Source: Octopus sinensis (Eukaryota). Taken from it: a DNA stretch of 64,000 nt. Positions within the stretch are counted from its first letter, which is position 1. The number at the start of each line of letters is the position of its first letter. The notes under the pieces were generated by a model that saw only the letters and a program-made list of their open reading frames with translations, ran no database searches and was not told the origin of the DNA. Below are positions 26,981 to 40,320 of this stretch, piece after piece. The position numbers were made by a program, and so were the translations under genes. The stretch covers positions 36,138 to 100,137 of the forward strand of contig NW_021832833.1 in NCBI RefSeq assembly GCF_006345805.1. Direction: 5' to 3'.

Positions 26981-27260
26981 CTATCAACTCGATATTTCTT
27001 TGCAGACTATGTTCTTCATGCCAGTTCTCCTTCTTCTTTTCCCTTGTTTGTCAGTGTTGAAAACTTTAACTCTTACATCAGATAATTTACGAGCTCTTGG
27101 AGAATGCAACATATAGTTGACCATGGCTAGAATAGCCCCACTTTATCAACAGTCTACTCTCGTAATTTATTGATTGTTAAAGCATATGGCAGGCGAACGG
27201 GAAACTACTTTCTTTCTAAAGTGAATGGCAAGTTTCGGAAGCGCATGCGTTAAGTAATAG
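26981..27260 (-). mobile_element. Helitron Rep-Hel (PIF1-like helicase) C-terminal remnant
   Basis: LPFTLERK*FPVRLPYALTINK...TVDKVGLF, then SHGQLYVAFSK and KNIVCKEI, with stops and a deletion. Confidence 0.8.
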
Positions 27261-27617
27261 GTGATATTAAAAAAAACTTGGTTCAATTAAATAAAAAATA
27301 TAACTTTTCATCATGCACTTACCATCACCGCCACCACCAACACCACTACCACCATCATCTCTCTCTATCTATCTCTCTTTCTTTCTCTCTCTCTCTCTCT
27401 CTCTCTCGCCATCACAACATCACCCCTCTGCTAAATTTATATTCCTAACTCTCCTCTATATCACTACCTTCAACTAACCTTTTTAACTACGTAATAAATA
27501 TTGCGTTCCCCTTACTACATATCATGGAGGCTTCTCTCTCCGCTTTTCCCTTCACTCTTTTTCTTTCTCTCTCTTTCTACCTCACTCTTCGCTTTATCTT
27601 CTTTCTCTCTCTCTCTT

Positions 27618-27664
<47 letters not shown>

Positions 27665-28343
27665 TTATTCTTTCTCTTCTTCTGTCTTTCCCTTACATTC
27701 CCTCTTCCTCACGTCATGGGCACTTCTCTCTCCCTCTTTTAATCTCTAATCATGTGAAAGCGTTACCGACGGGTCACGTTACATAATGATAAGCATAATT
27801 ATTATAAGATTAATAAACAACGTGACCCCGTGCCGTCAAAACTGACGGCTAATTATAGTATTTCATATATAAATATGGATGGTAAATCAAATATACTTGT
27901 CAATGTAATCTAGTGGTTGTCTTTTGAGATGTGACATCGATCATCATTTGTTTCTGAAAGAACGCTGGTTCACACAAACATTCACATACGTCCCTTGTAC
28001 ACGCACACACATACACACATATATATTCACAGAGTTGAAACGCTGTTTGATTTTTCCTTTCGGAGTTGAATGTTCATCATCCCACTTTTATTGCATACAC
28101 ACACACATACTCACACAAACACACACACACACACACATACTCACACAAACATATACACACACACATACTCACACAAACACATACACACACACATTCACAT
28201 GCCCCCCCCCCTTTATCTACACACACATGTACTCACACAGAATTGAAACGATCTCACTATCAGTTTGCCATCACCCCTTCCTTTCTCATTCATATATTGT
28301 GACGGAGAAAAACACGAGAATATTATAACAAATAGATGTTTAC

Positions 28344-28471
28344 CTGTAATCCAGCGTATCTGTCTTTCTTCCAACTGCAAATTTTTAAGCATTCCTCAAT
28401 AGAATGTACTGCTCCAGAACCCCAGTGCATGACTCGAGGAAAAAAGAAATCCCTAAAACAACCAATATATT
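28344..28471 (-). CDS. Coding exon 3: WSC domain, N-terminal half
   Basis: tttatttcag|AA TAT ATT GGT TGT gives YIGCFRDFFFPRVMHWGSGAVHSIEECLKICSWKKDRYAGLQ, donor CAG|GTAAAC, phase 1-0. Confidence 0.88.
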
Positions 28472-28760
28472 CTGAAATAAAGAAATAACGAACAGTTTTA
28501 ACAATATTTTCTAAATAATATCTACTGTATCTCTGTTGCGCTTATTGTATTTAACATTTTAAGTATAGAACACAATTGAATATGAAATCCATTATATTTG
28601 TATATGTAAATACCTAAATACTGTACCTTTACAAGAAGAGTAGTACATACATACATTCATACATACATACATACATACATACATACATACATACATACAT
28701 ACATACATACATACATACATACATACATACATACATACATACATACATACATACATACAT

Positions 28761-29645
28761 TTCTAAAAAGGATTACAGCCGATTAAAGAAAATTTGGACC
28801 TCAGAACTCTCTCCATTCAATAAAACAGTGGCTCACAATGTGCTTGCAGTGCCAGCACTCTTACCAACATTTGAGGTGCTTCATTGACAGCTTGGTGAGA
28901 CCCGAGCTATTTATGTGAAAACTCGAAAAATACTAACCGGCACACATAATTTCCACATAAAGAGTGATGTAAACTGCTTCTGCCTAAAACGAAAACAAGG
29001 TGGCAGAGGTTTAAAATCGATCCAAAATGTCGCAACATTTTTTAACCACCAAGCATCGAAGTGCATCCTTTGACCAAGTTTGCATACATGGGGCTGATAA
29101 CATTATAAGACGTGGAAAGCAGCTCTTTGAGCAACACTCTTTGTCTGATAATATACCCAAAGAAGTCGCACGACTCTACAGCAACATATCATCAGATGAA
29201 ATGATGAGCCTATATCAGCAAAAGACTATGCATGGATATGTTACTAGAAATCTCCGTGATGATAGTAACATCGATCAGTTTATTATGGACGTGTAGCCGG
29301 ATTACTACTTCCCAGGATGTACAAAAGGGATAGAGATGCAGGAAAAGCCGTAAAATGTGACAACCGATGCAGCCTTTGTGGAGTTCACACTGAAGATATC
29401 ACTCTCATCATAAGTAGTTGTCCGTCATATCATCACAGAATTATCTACCGATGAGACATGACGCTGTGGCTAGGACACTCAATAATGAAATCCGTCAGAA
29501 GGGTTATCCCGAGGACAAAGAAATAAGAACCCACAATATGGTTGAAGCCATAGCCACTCATAATGAAAAGGAATACTGGTGGAATGTCCCAGTGAAGACC
29601 TCAATAAAATGTAAGCACAACAGACCTGATATAAGGATTTAGAAT
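28761..29645 (+). mobile_element. R4/Dong-like LINE fragment (RT thumb, CCHC, start of REL)
   Basis: SELSPFNK...KRKQGGRGL, CRLCG, RHDAV, NRPDI. Begins directly after (ATAC)n. Confidence 0.8.
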
Positions 29646-29691
29646 TTCAACATCAACAACAGGGATTTTTTGTATGTATGTACGTACGTAC

Positions 29692-29722
<31 letters not shown>

Positions 29723-29807
29723 TGTATGTATGTATGTATGTATGTATGTATTATGTATGTATGTATGTATGTATGTATGTATGTATCGATGCGTGTATGT
29801 ATGTATG

Positions 29808-29841
<34 letters not shown>

Positions 29842-29927
29842 TGTATGTATGTATGTATGTATCGATGCGTGTATGTATGTATGTATGTATGTATGTATGT
29901 ATGTATGTATGTATGTATGCATGTATG

Positions 29928-30474
29928 TCAGGTCACTTTCGAGTGCTACTGGTAACATGTAACCCAGAACAACCTGTTGCATGGTCGGGTCTTCGGTGAC
30001 TAAACTGGCAACCCCACCAAGCTTGCTTGGTGAGGAGAGTGTTTTTTGGACACCCCACAGGATGGAAAACAAAACCCGTCAAAGGGCGGAGGAACTCTTG
30101 AGAATCGACGGCCATCAAATAGTCTTAAGGCTATATCATGCGCGGGGACATAGAAATAATCGGACTGAATACCCGATCGCGCGGTTAAACCATTGGGAGT
30201 GAAGGGATTCCCAGCCTTTGTTAGAGCATCCTTCTAGGAGAAGGTAACTCAGATAACTGGGATAACTCTGACATAAAACCTGCGGCTCAGTGGTTACCGA
30301 TGATGTTGACTTGTTCTTCTTTTCGGATTATGACTGCCGTTGCTTAGTGAGTGGGATTGACTCAGTGCACAGCCTTTCCTCACTTTAAAAAAGATCTTGC
30401 ACAGGCATTGCACGATAACAACATTGATTAAGCTTCGTTCAATGGTCATACTCGATAACGAGGGGGCAGCCACC
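29928..30474. repeat. Unclassified interspersed repeat between (TATG)n tracts
   Basis: GC-richer block bounded by tetranucleotide arrays, no meaningful ORF. Confidence 0.4.
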
Positions 30475-30507
<33 letters not shown>

Positions 30508-30599
30508 TGTATGTATGTATGTATGTATGTATGAATGAATGTATGTATGTATGTATGTATGTATGTATGTATGTATGTATGTATGTATGTATGTATGTG

Positions 30600-30975
30600 C
30601 AGATTTGTATGTTTTATGTATGTATTCTTATGCATATAGTTGCATACCTGGACATGCTCATATATATTTAAATGATAATCTTCTGGAGAGTTGTACAGAT
30701 TTTTACAGTTCCAGTAAAGGATTGGATCTGTAGTCTTCGAATTAGCTTTTTCCTTTCAGAAGCCTTTCTCAAGATCGGCATTTAGGCAGTGTGTTACATA
30801 TGTCAGGACCTCGATAATTACAGGTATAAACCTGAACTTGTAATCTGGATAGAGTGACTGCAGATTTCTCGATAGTTCAGCATAGGTATTTTCTTTTTCA
30901 CTGATCTTTCAGCTTTATGTTTACATCTGCTGGGCAGTTAATTTCTACAACTGTGCACAGTTTCTCTTCTTTTCT
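30600..30975 (-). mobile_element. R4/Dong-like LINE 3' end (REL C-terminus and 3' UTR)
   Basis: EEKLCTVVEINCPADVNIKLK...KENTYAEL...FIPVII, ending in (CATA)n. Confidence 0.75.
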
Positions 30976-30996
30976 CTATCTCTTCTGATACATATG

Positions 30997-31029
<33 letters not shown>

Positions 31030-31945
31030 TTGTATGTATGTATGTATGTATGTGTGTGTGTATATATGTATGCATGTATTTATTTTTATATGTATGTGTG
31101 TATGTATGTATGTATGTATATATGTATGTCTATATGTATGTATGTATGTATGTATATATGTATGAATGTATGTATGTATGTATGTATATATGTATGTATG
31201 TATGAATGTATGTATGAATGTATGTATGTATGTATGTGTGTATGTATGTATGTATGTATGTATGTATGTATGTGTGTATGTATGTATGTATGTATGTATG
31301 TGTGTATGTGTGTATGTATGTATGTATGTGTGTGTGTATGTATGTATGTATGTATGTATGTATGTATGTGTGTATGTATGTATGTATGTATGTATGTGTG
31401 TATGTGTTATGTATGTATGTATGTATGTATGTGTGTGTGGGTATGTATGTATGTATGTGTGTATGTATGTATGTGTATGTATGTATGTTATGTGTGTATG
31501 TAATGTATGTATGTATGTGTGTATGTGTTGTATGTATGTATGTATGTATGTATGTATGTGGTATGTATGTATGTATGTATGTATGTGTGTGTGTATGTAT
31601 GTATGTATGTATGTATTGTATGTATGTATGTATGTATGTATGTGTGTATGTATATGTATGTATGTGTGTGTATATGTGTATGTATGTATGTATGTATGTA
31701 TGTATGTGTGTATGTATGTGTGTATGTGGTGTATGTATGTATGTGTATGTATGTATGTATGTATGTGTGTATGTGTGTATGTATGTATGTATGTGTGTGT
31801 GTATGTATGTATGTATGTATGTATGTATGTATGTATGTATGTGTGTATGTATGTATGTATGTATGTATGTGTGTATGTGTGTATGTATGTATGTGTGTAT
31901 GTGTGTATGTATGCATGTATGTATGTGTGTATGTATGCATGCACG
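30976..31945. repeat. About 1-kb degenerate (TATG)n/(TG)n microsatellite
   Basis: Direct reading. Confidence 0.95.
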
Positions 31946-31949
31946 TAGA

Positions 31950-32330
31950 CATTCGGTGGTCTCGAGTGTCCGTGGATCTGCGTCCGAAGAAATAGTGTCA
32001 GCTGCTGGTAACGGCACTTCGTTTGCTGTGGTTGTAGATGGCCACACAGGAGTGGCTGTCACGCATGAACCGACTACATTTGAAGGAGCTCTCTGCCGGC
32101 GCAACTGGTTTTACCTTCCGTCGGGTGTACTTTTTTTTTGGTGGTGAGTTCCTGTTTTTCTTCCCCTCACTTCATCCCCTTTTCAATATCTCGAATGGCG
32201 GCGATCATCTGCCGCATCCTCCCACCTCAGGACGACCAGATAAAGCGACTTCATATCTCTCTCGCAGACCTCCTTGAAACAAAGATGAACTCGCCATCGA
32301 GTCCTTGTGCCAGTGGCATATATCTATGAT
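31950..32330 (-). mobile_element. RTE-clade LINE 3' remnant
   Basis: WEDAADDR... and SSFKCSR...RDSHSCVAIYNHSKR, a degenerate RTE terminal C2H2-like motif, followed by (CATA)n. Confidence 0.55.
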
Positions 32331-32472
32331 ATTATTCGTAGGAGAATGTTCTGCCATCTCTAAATTAAATATTGGGTTGTCCGGAAAGTTCGTGCCGATT
32401 TATAGTAGCATACCTTTCGACTTACCCTCCCAGGCACCTCAATTCTGGGAAGATGATATTTTCAAGTTAATA

Positions 32473-32693
32473 AGGCGGCGAGCAGGCGGAAACGTTAGCA
32501 CGCCAGGCGAATTGCTTAACGTATTTCGTTCGCCGTTACGTTCGGAGTTCAAATTCCACCGAGGTCGACTTTACCTTCATCCTTTCGGGGTCGATAAATT
32601 AAGTACCAGTTACACACATTAATCGACTTAATACCTTTGGGTGTCCTTGTCTTTTCCCCTCTGTGTATAGCCCCTTTTGGGTAGTAAAGAAAT
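32473..32693 (+). mobile_element. Family-1 SINE
   Basis: Full-length body. Confidence 0.85.
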
Positions 32694-32859
32694 AAGTATT
32701 TTCAAGTTAAGGAAAAATTGTGCAACAAAATGGTTCATATTTGGTTGATTAAAAATGTAATGGCAAGTATTTATTGGCATTTTTCTTTTTTCCTTTATAA
32801 AATAGGTACGAACTTTCCGGATAACTAATAGATATTAAACTTGCTTTTATTTAAATATA

Positions 32860-33297
<438 letters not shown>

Positions 33298-33302
33298 CTT
33301 AC

Positions 33303-33347
33303 TGGCACTGGCACCTTCACTGGCTGGCAGAATAATTGCAGGGAAAG
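33303..33347 (-). CDS. Coding exon 2: rest of the signal peptide ([15 protein letters not shown])
   Basis: Acceptor tttatttcag, donor A|GTAAGT, 45 nt, phase 1-1, 113-nt intron from exon 1. Hydrophobic stretch ends in small residues. Confidence 0.8.
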
Positions 33348-33460
33348 CTGAAATAAAGAAACCAGAATGTTAGAAATGAACAGAACAAAAGACGCGTTCT
33401 TTGTAAGAAATCTACAATGAAAATAAGATCTTTTGTTGAATAGTGAAGATTTGATCTTAC

Positions 33461-33500
33461 CAATTATTGCAAGCAGTTTGAATGCTCCTACGTTAAACAT
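33461..33500 (-). CDS. Coding exon 1: start codon and first half of the signal peptide ([13 protein letters not shown])
   Basis: ATG at 33500-33498, donor G|GTAAGAT, 40 nt, phase 1. Confidence 0.8.
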
Positions 33501-33521
33501 GTTGCTCTGTGAATACTCGGC

Positions 33522-33561
33522 AAATGATGTACGTTCCTCATATCTTCACATCTATATATAG
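33522..33561 (-). promoter_or_regulatory. Candidate core promoter (TATA-like TATATATAG and Inr-like TCATTT)
   Basis: On the minus strand TATATATAG (33560-33552) lies about 31-35 nt upstream of TCATTT (33527-33522), which is about 25 nt before the ATG. Motif match only. Confidence 0.4.
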
Positions 33562-33568
33562 AGGGATG

Positions 33569-33609
<41 letters not shown>

Positions 33610-33627
<18 letters not shown>

Positions 33628-33913
33628 GTGCCTGTGTGCGTGTGTGAATGTAAGCAAGTGTATGTATTTGTATAAGCGTGTATATGGCCTGGATTTTTAT
33701 ACGTGTTTATCTCTATGTATATATGTGTGTGTGTGTATTTGTATATATGTGTGTATTTGTATATATGTGTGTATATCTATATACATAAAAGCCAACATGC
33801 TTGCATACATACGTGCATACGAGTTTGTTTTTTTATATCACCGAAATTGGCATGTTCATACATCAATCGAATTATATGTGCGCGTGTGGATTTGTATATA
33901 CATACATACATAT

Positions 33914-33978
<65 letters not shown>

Positions 33979-34008
33979 GTATGTTTACGTCTGTGTGTAT
34001 TTATGCAA

Positions 34009-34039
<31 letters not shown>

Positions 34040-34465
34040 ATATGTATACGCATATATGCATATATATAATCGTTGATTATATATATGTATATGTATATTA
34101 TATATATATATATATATACATATAATTATTTATTATATATTATATATATATATATTGTGTGTGGTGTGTGTGTGTGTGCGTGTGTGCCTGTGTGCGTGTG
34201 TGAATGTAAGCAAGTGTATGTATTTGTATAAGCGTGTATATGGCCTGGATTTTTATACGTGTTTATCTCTATGTATATATGTGTGTGTGTGTATTTGTAT
34301 ATATGTGTGTATTTGTATATATGTGTGTATATCTATATACATAAAAGCCAACATGCTTGCATACATACGTGCATACGAGTTTGTTTTTTTATATCACCGA
34401 AATTGGCATGTTCATACATCAATCGAATTATATGTGCGCGTGTGGATTTGTATATACATACATAC

Positions 34466-34536
<71 letters not shown>

Positions 34537-34640
34537 GTATGTTTACGTCTGTGTGTATTTATGCAAATATATATATATATATAATATATATATATATTAT
34601 ATATATATATATATAATAATGCTATATATAATCGTTGATT

Positions 34641-34690
<50 letters not shown>

Positions 34691-34692
34691 AT

Positions 34693-34700
<8 letters not shown>
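33610..34700. repeat. Tandem duplication with a period of about 556 bp upstream of the gene
   Basis: cctgtgtgcgtgtgtgaatgtaagcaag... at 33631 and 34187, near-identical unique parts. Confidence 0.9.
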
Positions 34701-34735
<35 letters not shown>

Positions 34736-35126
34736 TTTATGTGTGTTGAAGTGTATGAGTATATATGTGCGTGCATGCACGTGTACGTGTGTGCATGTGT
34801 GCATTATTATTCACAGGTTTCTTACATTGGATTCCTATAAAAGAAAAAAAGAAAACAAGAAAATAAACTTAATACCAACAGGTGTTTTCTTTTTCATTGT
34901 TTGAAATCACGTTTGAAAACATTGTCAATATTTATTTCAGTTCTTACAAATAACCATCAATATTCTAACACAACTTTCAATAAGTGGACTGTTGTTTTAA
35001 CGCATTTTTAGAACCTCAACGATTAAGTACACGCCTTAAAGCATCTGCTGCCATTTTACTTAATCACGATCAGAACTTGTTTTAAATCATAATACATAAC
35101 ATAAAGACATATCGATATTCTTATCC

Positions 35127-35177
<51 letters not shown>

Positions 35178-35202
35178 TATTATTATTATCATCATTATTA
35201 TT

Positions 35203-35760
35203 GTGTGAGAGAGCAGTGCATGCCATCAAAGTGACACTGGGGTAAAATATACGAAGCCCAGTATACCCGTCACGACTACCCATCTGATAAGGGTACGCTA
35301 GGCACATGCATTACAACTATATGTGTGCGACATGGTGATCTCATATCAGAATAAACAGCACATCACCTTGCAGGTGGGACCCAATTACAATTATCTTCTG
35401 GTCGAGTAGCCCATCTCGCTCAAAAGGTCCCTGAATAAGGGTTGTTTAAAGATGTTGAACGAAACACCCATGTTTCCAGAGGTGAATTTTTCAAACTCCA
35501 AAGAATCCCTCTCAACACATGTCTGAAATGCTCCCCCACTACTTCTGCTCATGATCAGAGATGCACATATCGTCAGCCACTAAGGGACATGGTCAACTGG
35601 TTAAGGTCAAACAACTGACAGGCAAATCTGTGATATTGAGCAGTATGTTTGCTGTATCCCATCTTTTATACCAAGACAAAACAATGTACATGATAACACT
35701 TCCAATCAGTTAAGATCAGAAGCCATGAGAGCCACTGTCTGGTACTGCATCAGAGCATTT
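35203..35760. mobile_element. About 560-bp non-coding element embedded in (ATT)n
   Basis: Complex sequence bounded on both sides by (ATT)n, no ORF. Confidence 0.45.
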
Positions 35761-35763
35761 ATG

Positions 35764-35838
<75 letters not shown>

Positions 35839-35841
<3 letters not shown>

Positions 35842-38327
35842 GTTTGACCTTTGCTTTATGTCTGTACAATTTGGCTCCAAGTCTCACCCAGAGACCTCAA
35901 GAGACAACAGGTTGGAAGTTCACATTGTTGTTATGCCTAGTGTGCCATATATTTTTTTTTGGGGGGGGGTTGTGTTGTACTAGTGAATGTCTAATACATA
36001 AAAATAAAAAAAATAAATAGAAAAATAAAATTTAAAAAAATTTTTTAAATAAAATAAAAAAGTTTGTTGTAAACCTTGGGATTACATAGAGAGTATTTTG
36101 CGTAGGATATGAGCAGTTCCCATGAGCACTATCTTTTGAATTTCTGCCATTTTGGGGTTTCCTGGTATCTGAGTTAGGTAGCTATCATTCCCAGGGCACC
36201 TATGACAACAGGTATTGTTTTAGTCTTCAGCTTCCACATTTTTGCTGATTTCTATTTCAAGATCTTTATATTTGCTCAGTTTTTGGTAGGTCTTGACAGA
36301 TACGTTTATATCGATTGGGACAGTCATATCAATGAGGAGGCATGTTCTTTGTCTGAAGTCTTTCAATATGATGTCTGGCCTATTTGCATCTATCTTCCTG
36401 TCAGTTTGAATGGTGAAGTTCCAGAGGAGTGAGATGTTGTCATTTTCAAGCACTGAAGGTGGATTGTGCTCCCACCAGTTTTTTTCATGGGGCAAATCCA
36501 GGTTTTTGCAAATTACCCAGTGAATATATTGTGCAGCTCTATCATGCCTGTTGAGGTACTCTGTAGGCGCTAGAAGACTGCATTTGGAGACAACATGATC
36601 AATGGTTTCATTTTGTTGTCGGCATACACGACATGTTGGGCTACTGCCGTTCTTTAATATGTTGGCCTGGTAGTTTCTTGTTGGTAGGCATTGATCTTGA
36701 GCTGCTATGATAAACCCCTCTGTTTCAGATTTTAAGCCAGAGGCCATTAGCCATTGATGGGTCAGGGCTTTGTCAATATCTGCATTATTCGCTCTCTTTG
36801 GGTATTTGCCATATAGAGGTTTTTCTTGCCATTTATTATTCAGAATATCTAAGGCCGCAGTTTTGGCACGGGTTTTCATGCGCCTAGCTTTTTCTGTGCT
36901 TGTTTCTTGTATGTCTATCTCTGATTCCGAAATTGGTTGTATTCGGAATTCACTTAGATATTCCTTTGCCTGTTTTGTGACTGAGTATGATGCTTTCTTG
37001 TTTTCATGTTTTGAGACAAGTTTTAACATCCAGTCCTCAGAGCTTTTCAGGTAGGTGTCTAGGCCAATTGTAGCAATCTTCATTGTTATTGCCAGTTGCA
37101 AAAGACCACGGCCTCCCTCTTTTCTTGGCAGATAAAGTCGTTCTGTATCTTCCTTAGGGTGGTGCATTCTATGCATTGTCAACAGTTTTCTTATTTTTCT
37201 GTCGAGCTGACATATTTCAGTAATTGACCAGTTAACAATATTGAAACTGTAAGTCACGACTGGTATCGCTTCGATCCTGTTTCTTGCATTCAGCTCTGTC
37301 TTGAGTATTGCTCTCACTCTTCGATAGCATTCTCTCCTGATCCTTTCCTTCATCTCTGAATGCCTTATTCCGTTCCCTTCAATTACCCCTAGGTACTTGT
37401 AGCTCTCCGCTGGGTCTAGTTCTTTTATGACATTCTGCTGGTCAAGGTTAACGTTAGATGTTTCTGTCATTTTTCCTTTGATAAAGGTAGCTTTTGCACA
37501 TTTATCAAGGCCGAATTGCATTCTGATGTCGTCACTGAATTGTTTGACTATCGCTAGTAAGCCCTTGAGTTGTTGATCATTTTTTGCAAAAAGCTTTAAA
37601 TCATCCATGTAAATGAGATGATTTATATTTTTATCAAACATTTTATACCCGTACTGCGCGTCATTGAGCAGCTTCGAGAGAGATATTAAAGATAAACAAA
37701 AGAGGAGTGGTGACAGTGAGTCACCCTGGAAAATGCCACACGAAATTTTTACATCACCAGCATTTAGGGATTCATTGTCACTGTTCAGAGTTAGTGTGGT
37801 TCTCCATGATCTCATATTTACAGTCAAGAAGTTTCGCAGAGTAGGTGCTATCTTATACATTTCCAGGCATTTCCTAATCCAGCCATGTGGTAGGCTATCA
37901 AAAGCCTTTTTATAGTCTATCCAGGCTATTGATAAGATTTTGTGTCGTTTGTGACAATCTTCTAAGATCATCTTATTGATGAGTAGTTGGTCTTTACAGC
38001 CGTAGGATCCACGTTTACATCCTTTCTGTTCATTAGGGAATACGCTGCTGTCTGTTAAAAAACTATAGATATATTCCGTCAGGACAGATGTTAGCGTTTT
38101 GTACATAGTTGTTAAGCAGGTTATGGGTCTATAGTTTTTTGGTTCATTTGTTTCTTCACTTTTTGGAAGCAGGAATGTTAACCCATTAACTAGCCAAGGA
38201 GGCATCCTACTAGGGTGTTGCAAAACATCATTGTACAGTTCTGTTAGCAGTTCATGGCTCTCTGGGAAGGCATTCAGCCAGAAGTTAGGAATTTTATCCT
38301 TTCCTGGAGACTTCCATTTGCTTGACC
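35839..38327 (-). mobile_element. R4/Dong-clade LINE A (5'-truncated; RT-CCHC-REL)
   Basis: ORF 36220..38223 with KNYRPITCL, GIFQGDSLSP, YMDD, CRVC...H...C, RHD and RPDI. (ATT)n on both flanks. Confidence 0.93.
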
Positions 38328-38338
38328 TTATTATTATT

Positions 38339-38374
<36 letters not shown>

Positions 38375-38392
38375 ATTATTATTATTATTATT

Positions 38393-38881
38393 GCCTTTGC
38401 ACAGCTTCTAATGCTGGAGATGTATTACAGTGTCAGCTGTTCACTACAAGTGAACTAAGGTAACACCTCTTATTTTTCGAGGACCTTCCGGAGTATTCGA
38501 GCGGTTCCAAGCAGTGCTATTTTTTGCAAGAGCTCCGCCCTTTTTGCAGCCCCTATTCCTTCCACGTACTTCTAGAGGCTTTTGCTCTCTGTTTCCAGGG
38601 CTCCGACAATTATTGGTACTACTGCTTCCTTTTTCATCGCCCACAACTGCTTTACTTCCCAGCTAACCTGTCATATCTCTCAACTTTTCTTTCTTCCTTA
38701 TCGCATACCTTATTGTCGGCTGGGCATGCTATATCTATAATCCATCATAGTTTGTTTTCTTTCCCAATTAAGACTATGTCCGGCTTCGTATTCTGTATCT
38801 CATAGTCGCACTGAATCATAAAATCCCATACAATCTTTGCATTTCCATTTCGACGATACCTTCAGGTTTGTAGTGGTACCA
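38393..38881 (-). mobile_element. R4/Dong LINE B (short decayed REL fragment, distinct subfamily)
   Basis: WYHYKPEG...WDFMIQCD...TKPDIVL...IDIACPAD, with stops. Confidence 0.75.
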
Positions 38882-38883
38882 AT

Positions 38884-40277
<1,394 letters not shown>

Positions 40278-40320
40278 ATTATTATTATTATTATCATTAT
40301 TATTATTATTATTATTATTA

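Noticed and set aside
28761-30975. Twin-priming explanation for the opposite-strand R4 pieces
   Set aside because: The 5' piece lies beyond the tail of the 3' piece, which twin priming does not produce. A later inversion fits better.
30976-32147. Long ORFs rich in MYVC/HTYI (up to 324 aa)
   Set aside because: Translations of (TATG)n and (TG)n microsatellites. The same applies to the YI, LSIY, CV and SL ORFs elsewhere.
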